A DNA stretch of 64,000 nt from NCBI GenBank assembly GCA_965649765.1, contig OZ287756.1, positions 44,330,001 to 44,394,000 on the forward strand, in the 5' to 3' direction. The notes beneath the pieces were generated by a model. The model was not told the DNA's origin. It ran no database searches and saw only the letters and a list, made by a program, of their open reading frames with translations. Both the position numbers and the translations under genes were made by a program. This stretch comes from Bispira polyomma (taxonomy: Eukaryota). Shown in pieces: positions 11,601 to 26,600 of this stretch. How positions within the stretch are numbered: position 1 is the first letter of the stretch; every line of letters starts with the position of its first letter.

Positions 11601-14600
11601 CTGGTTCTTTGTCATTCTCTTCATCCACACAAGTACCGTCTGGAACAGGAACTCCAGTGTCATCTTCTTGTATTCTGTCCTCTTGTAGATCCTTTTCAGA
11701 CTGTGGTGTAACAGTTTCTCTTGGAGTGTCACCTTCGTTGACATCTTCAGTGTGTTTGTTTTCATCTTCTGCAGCATCAGTAGGTGAGTCGCCATCCAGT
11801 ATTGGTGTTTCATCATCAACACATGTACCAACTGGGACAGGCGCTTCATCCTCCTTAGAATCTTCAGTCAGGTCATCTCCATGTGGGGCTTCATTTGGTT
11901 TGGATGATTCAACATCTTCCAATTCACTTTCATCCATTGGAAGATTATCTGTGTCTTTGCTTTCTTCATCCATAGTTTCTGTAGGTTCAGTAATTTCCTC
12001 TTCTGGTTCTTTGTCATTCTCTTCATCCACACAAGTACCATCTGGAACAGGAACACCAGTGTCATCTTCTTGTATTCTGTCCTCTTCTAGATCCTTTTCA
12101 GACTGTGGTGTAACAGTTTCTCTTGGAGTGTCACCTTCTTCGACATCTTCAGTGTGTTTGTGTTCATCTTCTGCAGCATCAGTAGGTGAGTCGCCATCCA
12201 GTATTGGTGTTTCATCATCAACACATGTACCAACTGGGACAGGTGCTTCATCCTCCTTAGAAACTTCTGTCAGGTCTTCTTCATGTGGTGCTTCATCTGG
12301 TTTGGATGATTCAACATCTTCCAATTCACTTTCATCCATTGGAAGATTATCTGTGTCTTTGCTTTCTTCATCGATAGTTTCTGTAGGTTCAGTAATTTTC
12401 TCTTCTGGTTCTTTGTCATTCTCTTCATCCACACAAGTACTGTCTGGAACAGGAACACCAGTGTCATCTTCTTGTATTCTGTCCTCTTCTCGATCCTTTT
12501 CAGACTGTGGTGTAACAGTTTCTCTTGGAGTGTCACCTTCTTTGACATCTTCAGTGTGTTTGTGTTCATCTTCTGCATCATCAGTAGGTGCGTCACCATC
12601 CAGTATTGGTATTTCATCATCAACACATGTACCAACTGGGACAGGCGCTTCTTCCTCCTTAGAATCTTCAGTCAGGTCATCTTCTTGTGTGGCTTCATCT
12701 GGTTTGGATGATTCAGCATCCTCCAATTCACTTTCATCCATTGGAAGATTATCTGTGTCTTTGCTTTCTTCATCCATAGTTTCTGTAGGTTCAGTAATTT
12801 TCTCTTCTGGTTCTTTGTCATTCTCTTCATCCACACAAGTACCGTCTGGAACAGGAACTCCAGTGTCATCTTCTTGTATTCTGTCCTCTTGTAGATCCTT
12901 TTCAGACTGTGGTGTAACAGTTTCTCTTGGAGTGTCACCTTCTTCGACATCTTCAGTGTGTTTGTTTTCATCTTCTGCAGCATCAGTAGGTGAGTCGCCA
13001 TCCAGTATTGGTGTTTCATCATCAACACATGTACCAACTGGGACAGGTGCTTCATCCTCCTTAGAAACTTCTGTCAGGTCTTCTTCATGTGGTGCTTCAT
13101 CTGGTTTGGATGATTCAACATCTTCCAATTCACTTTCATCCATTGGAAGATTATCTGTGTCTTTGCTTTCTTCATCTATAGTTTCTGTAGGTTCAGTAAT
13201 TTCCTCTTCTGGTTCTTTGTCATTCTCTTCATCCACACAAGTACCGTCTGGAACAGGAACACCAGTGTCATCTTCTTGTATTCTGTCCTCTTCTCGATCC
13301 TTTTCAGACTGTGGTGTAACAGTTTCTCTTGGAGTGTCACCTTCTTCGACATCTTCAGTGTGTTTGTGTTCATCTTCTGCATCATCAGTAGGTGCGTCAC
13401 CATCCAGTATTGGTGTTTCATCATCAACACATGTACCAACTGGGACAGGCGCTTCTTCCTCCTTAGAATCTTCGACATCTTCAGTGTGTTTGTGTTCATC
13501 TTCTGAATCATCAGCCGGTGAGTCACCATCCAGTATTAGTGTTTCATCATCAACACATGTACCAACTGGGACAGGCGCTTCATCCTCCTTAGAATCTTCA
13601 GTCAGGTCATCTTCATGTGGGGCTTCATCTGGTTTGGATGATTCAACATCTTCCAATTCACATTCATTCCTTGGAAGATTATCTGTGTCTTTGGTTTCTT
13701 CGTCCAGCGTTTCTGTAGGTTCAGTAATTTCCTCTTCTGGTTCTTTGTCATTCTCTTCATCCACACAAATACCGTCTGGAACAGGAACACCAGTGTCATC
13801 TTCTTGTATTCTGTCCTCTTCTAGATCCTTTTCAGACTGTGGTGTAACAGTTTCTCTTGGAGTGCCACCTTCTTCGACATCTTCAGTGTGTTTGTTTTCA
13901 TCTTCTACAGCATCAGTATGTGAGTTGCCATCCAGTATTGGTGTTTCATTATCAACACATGTACCAACTGGGACAGGCGCTTCTTCCTCCTTAGAATCTT
14001 CAGTCAGGTCATCTTCTTGTGTGGCTTCATCTGGTTTGGATGATTCAGCATCCTCCAATTCACTTTCATCCATTGGAAGATTATCTGTGTCTCTGCTTTC
14101 TTCATCCATAGTTTCTGTAGGTTCAGTAATTTCCTCTTCTGGTTCTTTGTCATTCTCTTCATCCACACAAGTACCGTCTGGAACAGGAACACCAGTGTCA
14201 TCTTCTTGTATTCTGTCCCCTTCTAGATCCTTTTCAGACTGTGGTGTAACAGTTTCTCTTGTAGTGTCACCTTCTTCGACATCTTCAGTGTGTTTATGTT
14301 CATCTTCTGCATCATCAGTAGGTGCGTTACCATCCAGTATTGGTGTTTCATCATCAACACATGTACCAACTGGGACAGGCGCTTCTTCCTCCTTAGAATC
14401 TTCAGTCAGGTCATCTTCTTGTGTGGCTTCATCTGGTTTGGCTGATTCAGCATCCTCCAATTCACTTCCATCCATTGGAAGATTATCTGTGTCTCTGCTT
14501 TCTTCATCCATAGTTTCTGTAGGTTCAGTAATTTCCTCTTCTGGTTCTTTGTCATTCTCTTCATCCACACAAGTACCGTCTGGAACAGGAACACCAGTGT

Positions 14601-17600
14601 CATCTTCTTGTATTCTGTCCGCTTCTAGATCCTTTTCAGACTGTGGTGTAACAGTTTCTCTTGTAGTGTCACCTTCTTCGACATCTTCAGTGTGTTTGTT
14701 TTCATCTTCTGCAGCATCAGTAGGTGCGTCGCCATCCAGTATTGGTGTTTCATCATCAACACATGTACCAACTAGGACAGGCGCTTCTTCCTCCTTAGAA
14801 TCTTCTGTCAGGTCATCTTCATGTGGTGCTTCATCTGGTTTGGATGATTCAACATCTTCCAATTCACTTTCATCCATTGGAACATTATCTGTGTCTTTGC
14901 TTTCTTCATCCATAGTTTCTGTAGGTTCAGTAATTTTCTCTTCTGGTTCTTTGTCATTCTCTTCATCCACACAAGTACCGTCTGGAACAGGAACACCAGT
15001 GTCATCTTCTTGTATTCTGTCCCCTTCTAGATCCTTTTCAGACTGTGGTGTAACAGTTTCTCTTGGAGTGTCACCTTCTTCGACATCTTCAGTGTGTTTG
15101 TTTTCATCTTCTGCAGCATCAGTAGGTGCGTCGCCATCCAGTATTGGTGTTTCATCATCAACACATGTACCAACTGGGACAGGTGCTTCATCCTCCTTAG
15201 AATCTTCTGTCAGGTCATCTTCTTGTGGTGCTTCATCTGGTTTGGATGATTCAACATCTTCCAATTCACTTTCATCCATTGGAAGATTATCTGTGTCTTT
15301 GCTTTCTTCATCCATAGTTTCTGTAGGTTCAGTAATTTTCTCTTCTGGTTCTTTGTCATTCTCTTCATCCACACAAGTACCGTCTGGAACAGGAACACCC
15401 GTGTCATCTTCTTGTATTCTGTCCTCTTCTCGATCCTTTTCAGACTGTGGTGTAACAGTTTCTCTTGGAGTGTCACCTTCTTCGACATCTTCAGTGTGTT
15501 TATGTTCATCTTCTGCAGCATCAGTAGGTGCGTCACCATCCAGTATTGGTGTTTCATCATCAACACATGTACCAACTGGGAAAGGCACTTCTTCCTCCTT
15601 AGAATCTTCAGTCAGGTCATCTCTATGTGGGGCTTTATTTGGTTTGGATGATTCAACATCTTCCAATTCACTTTCATCCATTGGAAGATTATCTGTGTCT
15701 TTGCTTTCTTCATCCATAGTTTCTGTAGGTTCAGTAATTTTCTCTTCTGGTTCTTTGTCATTCTCTTCATCCACACAAGTACCATCTGGAACAGGAACAC
15801 CAGTGTCATCTTCTTGTATTCTGTCCTCTTCTAGATCCTTTTCAGACTGTGGTGTAACAGTTTCTGTTGGAGTGTCACCTTCTTTGACATCTTCAGTGTG
15901 TTTGTTTTCATCTTCTGCAGCATCAGTAGGTGCGTCGCCATCCAGTATTGGTGTTTCATCATCAACACATGTACCAACTGGGACAGGTGCTTCATCCTCC
16001 TTAGAATCTTCTGTCAGGTCATCTTCTTGTGGTGCTTCATCTGGTTTGGATGATTCAACATCTTCCAATTCACTTTCATCCATTGGAAGATTATCTGTGT
16101 CTTTGCTTTCTTCATCCATAGTTTCTGTAGGTTCAGTAATTTTCTCTTCTGGTTCTTTGTCATTCTCTTCATCCACACAAGTACCGTCTGGAACAGGAAC
16201 ACCAGTGTCATCTTCTTGTATTCTGTCCCCTTCTAGATCCTTTTCAGACTGTGGTGTAACAGTTTCTCTTGTAGTGTCACCTTCTTCGACATCTTCAGTG
16301 TGTTTGTTTTCATCTTCTGCAGCATCAGTAGGTGCGTCGCCATCCAGTATTGGTGTTTCATCATCAACACATGTACCAACTGGGACAGGTGCTTCATCCT
16401 CCTTAGAATCTTCTGTCAGGTCTTCTTCATGTGGTGCTTCATCTGGTTTGGATGATTCAACATCTTCCAATTCACTTTCATCCATTGGAAGATTATCTGT
16501 GTCTTTGCTTTCTTCATCCATAGTTTCTGTAGGTTCAGTAATTTTCTCTTCTGGTTCTTTGTCATTCTCTTCATCCACACAAGTACCGTCTGGAACAGGA
16601 ACACCAGTGTCATCTTCTTGTATTCTGTCCTCTTCTCGATCCTTTTCAGACTGTGGTGTAACAGTTTCTCTTGGAGTGTCACCTTCTTCGACATCTTCAG
16701 TGTGTTTATGTTCATCTTCTGCATCATCAGTAGGTGCGTCACCATCCAGTATTGGTGTTTCATCATCAACACATGTACCAACTGGGACAGGCGCTTCTTC
16801 CTCCTTAGAATCTTCAGTCAGGTCATCTTCTTGTGTGGCTTCATCTGGTTTGGATGATTCAGCATCCTCCAATTCACTTTCATCCATTGGAAGATTATCT
16901 GTGTCTCTGCTTTCTTCATCCATAGTTTCTGTAGGTTCAGTAATTTCCTCTTCTGGTTCTTTGTCATTCTCTTCATCCACACAAGTACCGTCTGGAACAG
17001 GAACACCAGTGTCATCTTCTTGTATTCTGTCCCCTTCTAGATCCTTTTCAGACTGTGGTGTAACAGTTTCTCTTGTAGTGTCACCTTCTTCGACATCTTC
17101 AGTGTGTTTGTTTTCATCTTCTGCAGCATCAGTAGGTGCGTCGCCATCCAGTATTGGTGTTTCATCATCAACACATGTACCAACTGGGACAGGTGCTTCA
17201 TCCTCCTTAGAATCTTCTGTCAGGTCTTCTTCATGTGGTGCTTCATCTGGTTTGGATGATTCAACATCTTCCAATTCACTTTCATCCATTGGAAGATTAT
17301 CTGTGTCTTTGCTTTCTTCATCCATAGTTTCTGTAGGTTCAGTAATTTTCTCTTCTGGTTCTTTGTCATTCTCTTCATCCACACAAGTACCGTCTGGAAC
17401 AGGAACACCAGTGTCATCTTCTTGTATTCTGTCCTCTTCTCGATCCTTTTCAGACTGTGGTGTAACAGTTTCTCTTGGAGTGTCACCTTCTTCGACATCT
17501 TCAGTGTGTTTATGTTCATCTTCTGCATCATCAGTAGGTGCGTCACCATCCAGTATTGGTGTTTCATCATCAACACATGTACCAACTGGGACAGGCGCTT

Positions 17601-20600
17601 CTTCCTCCTTAGAATCTTCAGTCAGGTCATCTTCTTGTGTGGCTTCATCTGGTTTGGATGATTCAGCATCCTCCAATTCACTTCCATCCATTGGAAGATT
17701 ATCTGTGTCTCTGCTTTCTTCATCCATAGTTTCTGTAGGTTCAGTAATTTCCTCTTCTGGTTCTTTGTCATTCTCTTCATCCACACAAGTACCGTCTGGA
17801 ACAGGAACACCAGTGTCATCTTCTTGTATTCTGTCCCCTTCTAGATCCTTTTCAGACTGTGGTGTAACAGTTTCTCTTGTAGTGTCACCTTCTTCGACAT
17901 CTTCAGTGTGTTTGTTTTCATCTTCTGCAGCATCAGTAGGTGCGTCGCCATCCAGTATTGGTGTTTCATCATCAACACATGTACCAACTAGGACAGGCGC
18001 TTCTTCCTCCTTAGAATCTTCTGTCAGGTCATCTTCATGTGGTGCTTCATCTGGTTTGGATGATTCAACATCTTCCAATTCACTTTCATCCATTGGAACA
18101 TTATCTGTGTCTTTGCTTTCTTCATCCATAGTTTCTGTAGGTTCAGTAATTTTCTCTTCTGGTTCTTTGTCATTCTCTTCATCCACACAAGTACCGTCTG
18201 GAACAGGAACACCAGTGTCATCTTCTTGTATTCTGTCCCCTTCTAGATCCTTTTCAGACTGTGGTGTAACAGTTTCTCTTGGAGCGTCACCTTCTTCGAC
18301 ATCTTCAGTGTGTTTGTTTTCATCTTCTGCAGCACCAGTAGGTGCGTCGCCATCCAGTATTGGTGTTTCATCATCAACACATGTACCAACTAGGACAGGC
18401 GCTTCTTCCTCCTTAGAATCTTCTGTCAGGTCATCTTCATGTGGTGCTTCATCTGGTTTGGATGATTCAACATCTTCCAATTCACTTTCATCCATTGGAA
18501 CATTATCTGTGTCTTTGCTTTCTTCATCCATAGTTTCTGTAGGTTCAGTAATTTTCTCTTCTGGTTCTTTGTCATTCTCTTCATCCACACAAGTACCGTC
18601 TGGAACAGGAACACCAGTGTCATCTTCTTGTATTCTGTCCCCTTCTAGATCCTTTTCAGACTGTGGTGTAACAGTTTCTCTTGGAGCGTCACCTTCTTCG
18701 ACATCTTCAGTGTGTTTGTTTTCATCTTCTGCAGCACCAGTAGGTGCGTCGCCATCCAGTATTGGTGTTTCATCATCAACACATGTACCAACTGGGACAG
18801 GTGCTTCATCCTCCTTAGAATCTTCAGTCAGGTCTTCTTCATGTGGTGCTTCATCTGGTTTGGATGATTCAACATCTTCCAATTCACTTTCATCCATTGG
18901 AAGATTATCTGTGTCTTTGCTTTCTTCATCCATAGTTTCTGTAGGTTCAGTAATTTTCTCTTCTGGTTCTTTGTCATTCTCTTCATCCACACAAGTACCG
19001 TCTGGAACAGGAACACCAGTGTCATCTTCTTGTATTCTGTCCTCTTCTCGATCCTTTTCAGACTGTGGTGTAACAGTTTCTCTTGGAGTGTCACCTTCTT
19101 CGACATCTTCAGTGTGTTTATGTTCATCTTCTGCATCATCAGTAGGTGCGTCACCATCCAGTATTGGTGTTTCATCATCAACACATGTACCAACTGGGAC
19201 AGGCGCTTCTTCCTCCTTAGAATCTTCAGTCAGGTCATCTTCTTGTGTGGCTTCATCTGGTTTGGATGATTCAGCATCCTCCAATTCACTTTCATCCATT
19301 GGAAGATTATCTGTGTCTCTGCTTTCTTCATCCATAGTTTCTGTAGGTTCAGTAATTTCCTCTTCTGGTTCTTTGTCATTCTCTTCATCCACACAAGTAC
19401 CGTCTGGAACAGGAACACCAGTGTCATCTTCTTGTATTCTGTCCCCTTCTAGATCCTTTTCAGACTGTGGTGTAACAGTTTCTCTTGTAGTGTCACCTTC
19501 TTCGACATCTTCAGTGTGTTTGTTTTCATCTTCTGCAGCATCAGTAGGTGCGTCGCCATCCAGTATTGGTGTTTCATCATCAACACATGTACCAACTGGG
19601 ACAGGTGCTTCATCCTCCTTAGAATCTTCTGTCAGGTCTTCTTCATGTGGTGCTTCATCTGGTTTGGATGATTCAACATCTTCCAATTCACTTTCATCCA
19701 TTGGAAGATTATCTGTGTCTTTGCTTTCTTCATCCATAGTTTCTGTAGGTTCAGTAATTTTCTCTTCTGGTTCTTTGTCATTCTCTTCATCCACACAAGT
19801 ACCGTCTGGAACAGGAACACCAGTGTCATCTTCTTGTATTCTGTCCTCTTCTCGATCCTTTTCAGACTGTGGTGTAACAGTTTCTCTTGGAGTGTCACCT
19901 TCTTCGACATCTTCAGTGTGTTTATGTTCATCTTCTGCATCATCAGTAGGTGCGTCACCATCCAGTATTGGTGTTTCATCATCAACACATGTACCAACTG
20001 GGACAGGCGCTTCATCCTCCTTAGAATCTTCAGTCAGGTCATCTTCTTGTGTGGCTTCATCTGGTTTGGATGATTCAGCATCCTCCAATTCACTTCCATC
20101 CATTGGAAGATTATCTGTGTCTCTGCTTTCTTCATCCATAGTTTCTGTAGGTTCAGTAATTTCCTCTTCTGGTTCTTTGTCATTCTCTTCATCCACACAA
20201 GTACCGTCTGGAACAGGAACACCAGTGTCATCTTCTTGTATTCTGTCCCCTTCTAGATCCTTTTCAGACTGTGGTGTAACAGTTTCTCTTGTAGTGTCAC
20301 CTTCTTCGACATCTTCAGTGTGTTTGTTTTCATCTTCTGCAGCATCAGTAGGTGCGTCGCCATCCAGTATTGGTGTTTCATCATCAACACATGTACCAAC
20401 TGGGACAGGTGCTTCATCCTCCTTAGAATCTTCTGTCAGGTCTTCTTCATGTGGTGCTTCATCTGGTTTGGATGATTCAACATCTTCCAATTCACTTTCA
20501 TCCATTGGAAGATTATCTGTGTCTTTGCTTTCTTCATCCATAGTTTCTGTAGGTTCAGTAATTTTCTCTTCTGGTTCTTTGTCATTCTCTTCATCCACAC

Positions 20601-23600
20601 AAGTACCGTCTGGAACAGGAACACCAGTGTCATCTTCTTGTATTCTGTCCTCTTCTAGATCCTTTTCAGACTGTGGTGTAACAGTTTCTCTTGGAGTGTC
20701 ACCTTCTTCGACATCTTCAGTGTGTTTATGTTCATCTTCTGCATCATCAGTAGGTGCGTCACCATCCAGTATTGGTGTTTCATCATCAACACATGTACCA
20801 ACTGGGACAGGCGCTTCTTCCTCCTTAGAATCTTCAGTCAGGTCATCTTCTTGTGTGGCTTCATCTGGTTTGGATGATTCAGCATCCTCCAATTCACTTC
20901 CATCCATTGGAAGATTATCTGTGTCTCTGCTTTCTTCATCCATAGTTTCTGTAGGTTCAGTAATTTCCTCTTCTGGTTCTTTGTCATTCTCTTCATCCAC
21001 ACAAGTACCGTCTGGAACAGGAACACCAGTGTCATCTTCTTGTATTCTGTCCCCTTCTAGATCCTTTTCAGACTGTGGTGTAACAGTTTCTCTTGTAGTG
21101 TCACCTTCTTCGACATCTTCAGTGTGTTTGTTTTCATCTTCTGCAGCATCAGTAGGTGCGTCGCCATCCAGTATTGGTGTTTCATCATCAACACATGTAC
21201 CAACTAGGACAGGCGCTTCTTCCTCCTTAGAATCTTCTGTCAGGTCATCTTCATGTGGTGCTTCATCTGGTTTGGATGATTCAACATCTTCCAATTCACT
21301 TTCATCCATTGGAACATTATCTGTGTCTTTGCTTTCTTCATCCATAGTTTCTGTAGGTTCAGTAATTTTCTCTTCTGGTTCTTTGTCATTCTCTTCATCC
21401 ACACAAGTACCGTCTGGAACAGGAACACCAGTGTCATCTTCTTGTATTCTGTCCCCTTCTAGATCCTTTTCAGACTGTGGTGTAACAGTTTCTCTTGGAG
21501 CGTCACCTTCTTCGACATCTTCAGTGTGTTTGTTTTCATCTTCTGCAGCACCAGTAGGTGCGTCGCCATCCAGTATTGGTGTTTCATCATCAACACATGT
21601 ACCAACTGGGACAGGTGCTTCATCCTCCTTAGAATCTTCAGTCAGGTCTTCTTCATGTGGTGCTTCATCTGGTTTGGATGATTCAACATCTTCCAATTCA
21701 CTTTCATCCATTGGAAGATTATCTGTGTCTTTGCTTTCTTCATCCATAGTTTCTGTAGGTTCAGTAATTTTCTCTTCTGGTTCTTTGTCATTCTCTTCAT
21801 CCACACAAGTACCGTCTGGAACAGGAACACCAGTGTCATCTTCTTGTATTCTGTCCTCTTCTCGATCCTTTTCAGACTGTGGTGTAACAGTTTCTCTTGG
21901 AGTGTCACCTTCTTCGACATCTTCAGTGTGTTTATGTTCATCTTCTGCATCATCAGTAGGTGCGTCACCATCCAGTATTGGTGTTTCATCATCAACACAT
22001 GTACCAACTGGGACAGGCGCTTCTTCCTCCTTAGAATCTTCAGTCAGGTCATCTTCTTGTGTGGCTTCATCTGGTTTGGATGATTCAGCATCCTCCAATT
22101 CACTTTCATCCATTGGAAGATTATCTGTGTCTCTGCTTTCTTCATCCATAGTTTCTGTAGGTTCAGTAATTTCCTCTTCTGGTTCTTTGTCATTCTCTTC
22201 ATCCACACAAGTACCGTCTGGAACAGGAACACCAGTGTCATCTTCTTGTATTCTGTCCCCTTCTAGATCCTTTTCAGACTGTGGTGTAACAGTTTCTCTT
22301 GTAGTGTCACCTTCTTCGACATCTTCAGTGTGTTTGTTTTCATCTTCTGCAGCATCAGTAGGTGCGTCGCCATCCAGTATTGGTGTTTCATCATCAACAC
22401 ATGTACCAACTGGGACAGGTGCTTCATCCTCCTTAGAATCTTCTGTCAGGTCTTCTTCATGTGGTGCTTCATCTGGTTTGGATGATTCAACATCTTCCAA
22501 TTCACTTTCATCCATTGGAAGATTATCTGTGTCTTTGCTTTCTTCATCCATAGTTTCTGTAGGTTCAGTAATTTTCTCTTCTGGTTCTTTGTCATTCTCT
22601 TCATCCACACAAGTACCGTCTGGAACAGGAACACCAGTGTCATCTTCTTGTATTCTGTCCTCTTCTCGATCCTTTTCAGACTGTGGTGTAACAGTTTCTC
22701 TTGGAGTGTCACCTTCTTCGACATCTTCAGTGTGTTTATGTTCATCTTCTGCATCATCAGTAGGTGCGTCACCATCCAGTATTGGTGTTTCATCATCAAC
22801 ACATGTACCAACTGGGACAGGCGCTTCTTCCTCCTTAGAATCTTCAGTCAGGTCATCTTCTTGTGTGGCTTCATCTGGTTTGGATGATTCAGCATCCTCC
22901 AATTCACTTCCATCCATTGGAAGATTATCTGTGTCTCTGCTTTCTTCATCCATAGTTTCTGTAGGTTCAGTAATTTCCTCTTCTGGTTCTTTGTCATTCT
23001 CTTCATCCACACAAGTACCGTCTGGAACAGGAACACCAGTGTCATCTTCTTGTATTCTGTCCCCTTCTAGATCCTTTTCAGACTGTGGTGTAACAGTTTC
23101 TCTTGTAGTGTCACCTTCTTCGACATCTTCAGTGTGTTTGTTTTCATCTTCTGCAGCATCAGTAGGTGCGTCGCCATCCAGTATTGGTGTTTCATCATCA
23201 ACACATGTACCAACTAGGACAGGCGCTTCTTCCTCCTTAGAATCTTCTGTCAGGTCATCTTCATGTGGTGCTTCATCTGGTTTGGATGATTCAACATCTT
23301 CCAATTCACTTTCATCCATTGGAACATTATCTGTGTCTTTGCTTTCTTCATCCATAGTTTCTGTAGGTTCAGTAATTTTCTCTTCTGGTTCTTTGTCATT
23401 CTCTTCATCCACACAAGTACCGTCTGGAACAGGAACACCAGTGTCATCTTCTTGTATTCTGTCCCCTTCTAGATCCTTTTCAGACTGTGGTGTAACAGTT
23501 TCTCTTGGAGCGTCACCTTCTTCGACATCTTCAGTGTGTTTGTTTTCATCTTCTGCAGCACCAGTAGGTGCGTCGCCATCCAGTATTGGTGTTTCATCAT

Positions 23601-26600
23601 CAACACATGTACCAACTGGGACAGGTGCTTCATCCTCCTTAGAATCTTCAGTCAGGTCTTCTTCATGTGGTGCTTCATCTGGTTTGGATGATTCAACATC
23701 TTCCAATTCACTTTCATCCATTGGAAGATTATCTGTGTCTTTGCTTTCTTCATCCATAGTTTCTGTAGGTTCAGTAATTTTCTCTTCTGGTTCTTTGTCA
23801 TTCTCTTCATCCACACAAGTACCGTCTGGAACAGGAACACCAGTGTCATCTTCTTGTATTCTGTCCTCTTCTCGATCCTTTTCAGACTGTGGTGTAACAG
23901 TTTCTCTTGGAGTGTCACCTTCTTCGACATCTTCAGTGTGTTTATGTTCATCTTCTGCATCATCAGTAGGTGCGTCACCATCCAGTATTGGTGTTTCATC
24001 ATCAACACATGTACCAACTGGGACAGGCGCTTCTTCCTCCTTAGAATCTTCAGTCAGGTCATCTTCTTGTGTGGCTTCATCTGGTTTGGATGATTCAGCA
24101 TCCTCCAATTCACTTTCATCCATTGGAAGATTATCTGTGTCTCTGCTTTCTTCATCCATAGTTTCTGTAGGTTCAGTAATTTCCTCTTCTGGTTCTTTGT
24201 CATTCTCTTCATCCACACAAGTACCGTCTGGAACAGGAACACCAGTGTCATCTTCTTGTATTCTGTCCCCTTCTAGATCCTTTTCAGACTGTGGTGTAAC
24301 AGTTTCTCTTGTAGTGTCACCTTCTTCGACATCTTCAGTGTGTTTGTTTTCATCTTCTGCAGCATCAGTAGGTGCGTCGCCATCCAGTATTGGTGTTTCA
24401 TCATCAACACATGTACCAACTGGGACAGGTGCTTCATCCTCCTTAGAATCTTCTGTCAGGTCTTCTTCATGTGGTGCTTCATCTGGTTTGGATGATTCAA
24501 CATCTTCCAATTCACTTTCATCCATTGGAAGATTATCTGTGTCTTTGCTTTCTTCATCCATAGTTTCTGTAGGTTCAGTAATTTTCTCTTCTGGTTCTTT
24601 GTCATTCTCTTCATCCACACAAGTACCGTCTGGAACAGGAACACCAGTGTCATCTTCTTGTATTCTGTCCTCTTCTCGATCCTTTTCAGACTGTGGTGTA
24701 ACAGTTTCTCTTGGAGTGTCACCTTCTTCGACATCTTCAGTGTGTTTATGTTCATCTTCTGCATCATCAGTAGGTGCGTCACCATCCAGTATTGGTGTTT
24801 CATCATCAACACATGTACCAACTGGGACAGGCGCTTCTTCCTCCTTAGAATCTTCAGTCAGGTCATCTTCTTGTGTGGCTTCATCTGGTTTGGATGATTC
24901 AGCATCCTCCAATTCACTTTCATCCATTGGAAGATTATCTGTGTCTCTGCTTTCTTCATCCATAGTTTCTGTAGGTTCAGTAATTTCCTCTTCTGGTTCT
25001 TTGTCATTCTCTTCATCCACACAAGTACCGTCTGGAACAGGAACACCAGTGTCATCTTCTTGTATTCTGTCCCCTTCTAGATCCTTTTCAGACTGTGGTG
25101 TAACAGTTTCTCTTGTAGTGTCACCTTCTTCGACATCTTCAGTGTGTTTGTTTTCATCTTCTGCAGCATCAGTAGGTGCGTCGCCATCCAGTATTGGTGT
25201 TTCATCATCAACACATGTACCAACTGGGACAGGTGCTTCATCCTCCTTAGAATCTTCTGTCAGGTCTTCTTCATGTGGTGCTTCATCTGGTTTGGATGAT
25301 TCAACATCTTCCAATTCACTTTCATCCATTGGAAGATTATCTGTGTCTTTGCTTTCTTCATCCATAGTTTCTGTAGGTTCAGTAATTTTCTCTTCTGGTT
25401 CTTTGTCATTCTCTTCATCCACACAAGTACCGTCTGGAACAGGAACACCAGTGTCATCTTCTTGTATTCTGTCCTCTTCTCGATCCTTTTCAGACTGTGG
25501 TGTAACAGTTTCTCTTGGAGTGTCACCTTCTTCGACATCTTCAGTGTGTTTATGTTCATCTTCTGCATCATCAGTAGGTGCGTCACCATCCAGTATTGGT
25601 GTTTCATCATCAACACATGTACCAACTGGGACAGGCGCTTCTTCCTCCTTAGAATCTTCAGTCAGGTCATCTTCTTGTGTGGCTTCATCTGGTTTGGATG
25701 ATTCAGCATCCTCCAATTCACTTCCATCCATTGGAAGATTATCTGTGTCTCTGCTTTCTTCATCCATAGTTTCTGTAGGTTCAGTAATTTCCTCTTCTGG
25801 TTCTTTGTCATTCTCTTCATCCACACAAGTACCGTCTGGAACAGGAACACCAGTGTCATCTTCTTGTATTCTGTCCCCTTCTAGATCCTTTTCAGACTGT
25901 GGTGTAACAGTTTCTCTTGTAGTGTCACCTTCTTCGACATCTTCAGTGTGTTTGTTTTCATCTTCTGCAGCATCAGTAGGTGCGTCGCCATCCAGTATTG
26001 GTGTTTCATCATCAACACATGTACCAACTAGGACAGGCGCTTCTTCCTCCTTAGAATCTTCTGTCAGGTCATCTTCATGTGGTGCTTCATCTGGTTTGGA
26101 TGATTCAACATCTTCCAATTCACTTTCATCCATTGGAACATTATCTGTGTCTTTGCTTTCTTCATCCATAGTTTCTGTAGGTTCAGTAATTTTCTCTTCT
26201 GGTTCTTTGTCATTCTCTTCATCCACACAAGTACCGTCTGGAACAGGAACACCAGTGTCATCTTCTTGTATTCTGTCCCCTTCTAGATCCTTTTCAGACT
26301 GTGGTGTAACAGTTTCTCTTGGAGCGTCACCTTCTTCGACATCTTCAGTGTGTTTGTTTTCATCTTCTGCAGCACCAGTAGGTGCGTCGCCATCCAGTAT
26401 TGGTGTTTCATCATCAACACATGTACCAACTGGGACAGGTGCTTCATCCTCCTTAGAATCTTCAGTCAGGTCTTCTTCATGTGGTGCTTCATCTGGTTTG
26501 GATGATTCAACATCTTCCAATTCACTTTCATCCATTGGAAGATTATCTGTGTCTTTGCTTTCTTCATCCATAGTTTCTGTAGGTTCAGTAATTTTCTCTT

